A program made the translations under genes and the position numbers. DNA of 64,000 nucleotides from assembly GCA_965214705.1 (NCBI GenBank), contig CBDCCI010000002.1, forward strand, positions 1,248,001 through 1,312,000, given 5' to 3'. Shown here piece by piece: positions 61,075 to 64,000 of this stretch (positions are counted from its first letter, which is position 1; each line of letters opens with the position of its first letter). Source of the stretch: Alphaproteobacteria bacterium (lineage in GTDB: Bacteria; Pseudomonadota; Alphaproteobacteria; UBA828). Under the pieces are notes generated by a model that worked only from the letters and a program-made list of their open reading frames with translations, ran no database searches and was not told the DNA's origin.

Positions 61075-62709
61075 TCAGGGGGAAAGGATCGCGGCGAAGG
61101 CGTCCTCGCGCTGGAGCGCGAAGTGGCGGGTTGCCGAGGCGACGCTGTCGAAGTCGGTTTTGTGGATGATGAGCGCGATCGCGATGTTGGTGCAGAGCGC
61201 GTTGTTCTCGGGCGCGAAGCCGGTGCGCGCGAGGCACGCGTCCTCGTCGAAGAGCTTGTCCCTGACGTGGTGGTTGACCTCGACCGACCAGTGGCCGCGG
61301 TTCCAGGCGAGAAGGTCCTTTGGCGAGGCGCGCTCTGCCGGCACCGAGGTGATGCCGTAGGCGTGCTCGATGCTGGTCTCGCCTGTGCCGTTGCGCCGTG
61401 CGTCGGTGCGCTTGCGGGTGACACGGAAGATCTGCGCGACATGAGGATAGTTGATCAGGCCTGGAAGCGGGGTCAGGGTCTCGATGCGGCGTTGTTCGAT
61501 GCGGCCATGGGCCTTGGCGACATCTTCCTCGAAGTGTCCGCTCGCGTCGCGCTCCCAGTCGATGGAGGCGAGGGTCTCGCAGGTCTCGGGCGCGTTTTCC
61601 TTGACCGTCATGAGATAGTCGGCGCCGTGGGTTTCCTTGATGGTGCGCGCGGTGTCGCGGGTGGTGTCGCGGGTGGTGTCGCGGGTGGTGTCGCGGGTGG
61701 TGTCGCGGGTGGTGTCGCGGGTGGTGTCGCGGGTGGTGTCGCGGGTGGTGTCGCGGGTGGTGTGAAGCGCGTCGATGGTGATCACGCGGCCTTCGACGGG
61801 AACCTCGTCGAGCAGCGCGCACACGGCCGCGATCTCGCCGCCTGAGTCGTTGAAGGCGAGGCTTGCGAGCGGCGCGCCGGTTGCGTGGTCGACCAGGGTC
61901 GCGGTCTCGTGGTGGCCCTCGCCGTTGCGGTTGGCGCCGCGAATGCGCTTGCCGTCGAGCGCGATCGCACGGCCAAGGTTAAGTCTCGGCATCGAGAAGC
62001 GTTGCAGCGCCGCCTCGATCTGCTCGGGGTCGAGGGAGGCGATGACCCGGTGCAGGGTCGACTTCGAGACCGGCACGTAGAGGCCGGTCTTCGGGTTCTT
62101 CCAGGCGCCGAGCGCTTCCAGTTCCCGCTGCGCCAGCTTGCTCGCATACTCGGCGGCGGCGACGGGACCGCGCATGTTGGCGAGCCTTGCGAGGATATAG
62201 ACCGCGAGCGTGGTTGCGACGCTGTGCTTGCGCCCCTGGCCGCGCCGGAAGTCCTCGATCCCGTCGAGTTCCTGGTAGAGCGAGCGCAGTTCGCTCGGCG
62301 CCCTGCCGGCGTGGCCCTTGGGCTCCCAGCTTGCGGGCAGCGGGCGGGGCGCGCTGAGCCGCCGGCGGGCATCGCGGCGCAGGGGATAGACATAGAGCCG
62401 CTTGGGCTCGCCGTGGGGGTCGGTGTAGCGGCCGTTGTGGCGGGCAAAGCCCCTGGTGTCGCCGAGATAATGCCAGTTGGCGGCCTCGTAGATCGTGCCC
62501 TCGAAGAGCGCCGGGTTCACGAAGGTCTCCGCGATCAGAATCGGATGCCCATAACAGGACTGCCAGTCGTCGCCGAGGCGGCGCAGCATCGCGGCGATCG
62601 CGAACGAGGCAAGACACGGAAAGACGCGCTTCGCGCCGAGGATGACGAAGCGGGTGTTGTTCGCGATCAGATGCAGGCGCTGGAACTGCTGCGCCGCCGA
62701 CCACCCGAC
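61075..62709 (-). pseudogene. ISAs1 transposase with N-terminal DUF4338 domain, lacking its start
   Basis: DUF4338 motifs IANNTRF, ETFV, GTIYEAANW..LGDTRG; ISAs1 motifs IALDGK..RG, ITIDALH, TVKEN, HGRIEQR, RGHWSVE, RD.LFDED. Confidence 0.85.
61651..61758. repeat. 12-bp tandem repeat (GGTGTCGCGGGT) x9 encoding (TTRD)9
   Basis: Nine perfect units counted; the inverted copy has one unit. Confidence 0.95.
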
Positions 62710-64000
62710 GGGATCGAGGACTTCCGGCGCGGCCAGGGGCGCAAGCACAGCGTCGCAACCACGCTCGCGGTCTATATCCTCGCAAGGCTCGCCAACATGC
62801 GCGGTCCCGTCGCCGCCGCCGAGTATGCGAGCAAGCTGGCGCAGCGGGAACTGGAAGCGCTCGGCGCCTGGAAGAACCCGAAGACCGGCCTCTACGTGCC
62901 GGTCTCGAAGTCGACCCTGCACCGGGTCATCGCCTCCCTCGACCCCGAGCAGATCGAGGCGGCGCTGCAACGCTTCTCGATGCCGAGACTGAACCTTGGC
63001 CGTGCGATCGCGCTCGACGGCAAGCGCATTCGCGGCGCCAACCGCAACGGCGAGGGCCACCACGAGACCGCGACCCTGGTCGACCACGCAACCGGCGCGC
63101 CGCTCGCAAGCCTCGCCTTCAACGACTCAGGCGGCGAGATCGCGGCCGTGTGCGCGCTGCTCGACGAGGTTCCCGTCGAAGGCCGCGTGATCACCATCGA
63201 CGCGCTTCACACCACCCGCGACACCGCGCGCACCATCAAGGAAACCCACGGCGCCGACTATCTCATTGACGGTCAAGGAAAACGCGCCCGAGACCTGCGA
63301 GACCCTCGCCTCCATCGACTGGGAGCGCGACGCGAGCGGACACTTCGAGGAAGATGTCGCCAAGGCCCATGGCCGCATCGAGCAACGCCGCATCGAGACC
63401 CTGACCCCGCTTCCAGGCCTGATCAACTATCCTCATGTCGCGCAGATCTTCCGTGTCACCCGCAAGCGCACCGACGCACGGCGCAACGGCACAGGCGAGA
63501 CCAGCATCGAGCACGCCTACGGCATCACCTCGGTGCCGGCAGAGCGCGCCTCGCCAAAGGACCTTCTCGCCTGGAACCGCGGCCACTGGTCGGTCGAGGT
63601 CAACCACCACGTCAGGGACAAGCTCTTCGACGAGGACGCGTGCCTCGCGCGCACCGGCTTCGCGCCCGAGAACAACGCGCTCTGCACCAACATCGCGATC
63701 GCGCTCATCATCCACAAGACCGACTTCGACAGCGTCGCCTCGGCAACCCGCCACTTCGCGCTCCAGCGCGAGGACGCCTTCGCCGCGATCCTTTCCCCCT
63801 GAGCGCCACCACGCCGTCCGATCCGGACGGCAGACAATGGCGGTGTGCAACCTCGTCACCGCTCAGCTGTCAGCACTGACGTTCATTGCGGCCAAGCCAA
63901 CGTCTCGCCCGAACCGAGAGCCGTGAGCCTGCGAATCGGGCTATCGCGCGGGAGCCGCAACACCCGAAATCGCCCGAACGCGGCCCAGATCGTCCGCATT
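62706..64000 (+). mobile_element. Second, inverted partial copy of the ISAs1 element (transposase 62707-63802 frameshifted near 63266)
   Basis: Reverse complement of about 60877-62265, apart from repeat number, a 1-bp insertion and a few substitutions. Confidence 0.85.

Larger units (their letters stand above)
60855..62709 (-). mobile_element. ISAs1-family element with DUF4338-fused transposase, 5'-truncated
   Basis: Putative terminus CAGGACTATCCCA at 60855; transposase 61075-62709; 3' noncoding tail shared with the inverted copy. Confidence 0.8.

Noticed and set aside
61651-61758. CRISPR array
   Set aside because: Head-to-tail 12-bp units with no spacers, inside a coding region; no cas genes in the window
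61075-63879. 670-aa and 664-aa ORFs as novel fusion proteins
   Set aside because: Their N-terminal parts are antisense read-through across the inversion junction

Overview
GC-rich, probably alphaproteobacterial DNA. 1-5.3 kb is host-like: a dipeptide/oligopeptide ABC operon, a palindromic repeat and an XRE-cupin regulator. About 5.8-29.5 kb is a defence island: a pseudogenised AAA ATPase, an integrase remnant, an uncharacterised two-gene PD-(D/E)XK nuclease operon, a type I Druantia locus whose fused DruB/C gene is split by a 1494-bp IS (15-bp IRs, AATG target duplication), a PIN/Phd toxin-antitoxin pair, an S24 repressor and an apparently intact Shango system. About 29.5-60.9 kb looks like a decaying conjugative/integrative element: a possible MOBQ relaxase stub and oriT, then a leading-region-like block (DUF2493, toprim primase, SSB, a 4x zinc-finger protein) containing a ~400-nt nested hairpin resembling a single-stranded-DNA promoter. 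It also carries many chromosome-type genes (triple cold-shock protein, HU, IHF, ParE remnant, RecD2, TopB, RecQ, a divergent RpoD) and many gene fragments. The window ends in two inverted partial copies of a DUF4338-ISAs1 element, one inserted into the sigma factor gene. No rRNA, tRNA or CRISPR array was seen. All family calls come from motif recognition by eye, not database searches.
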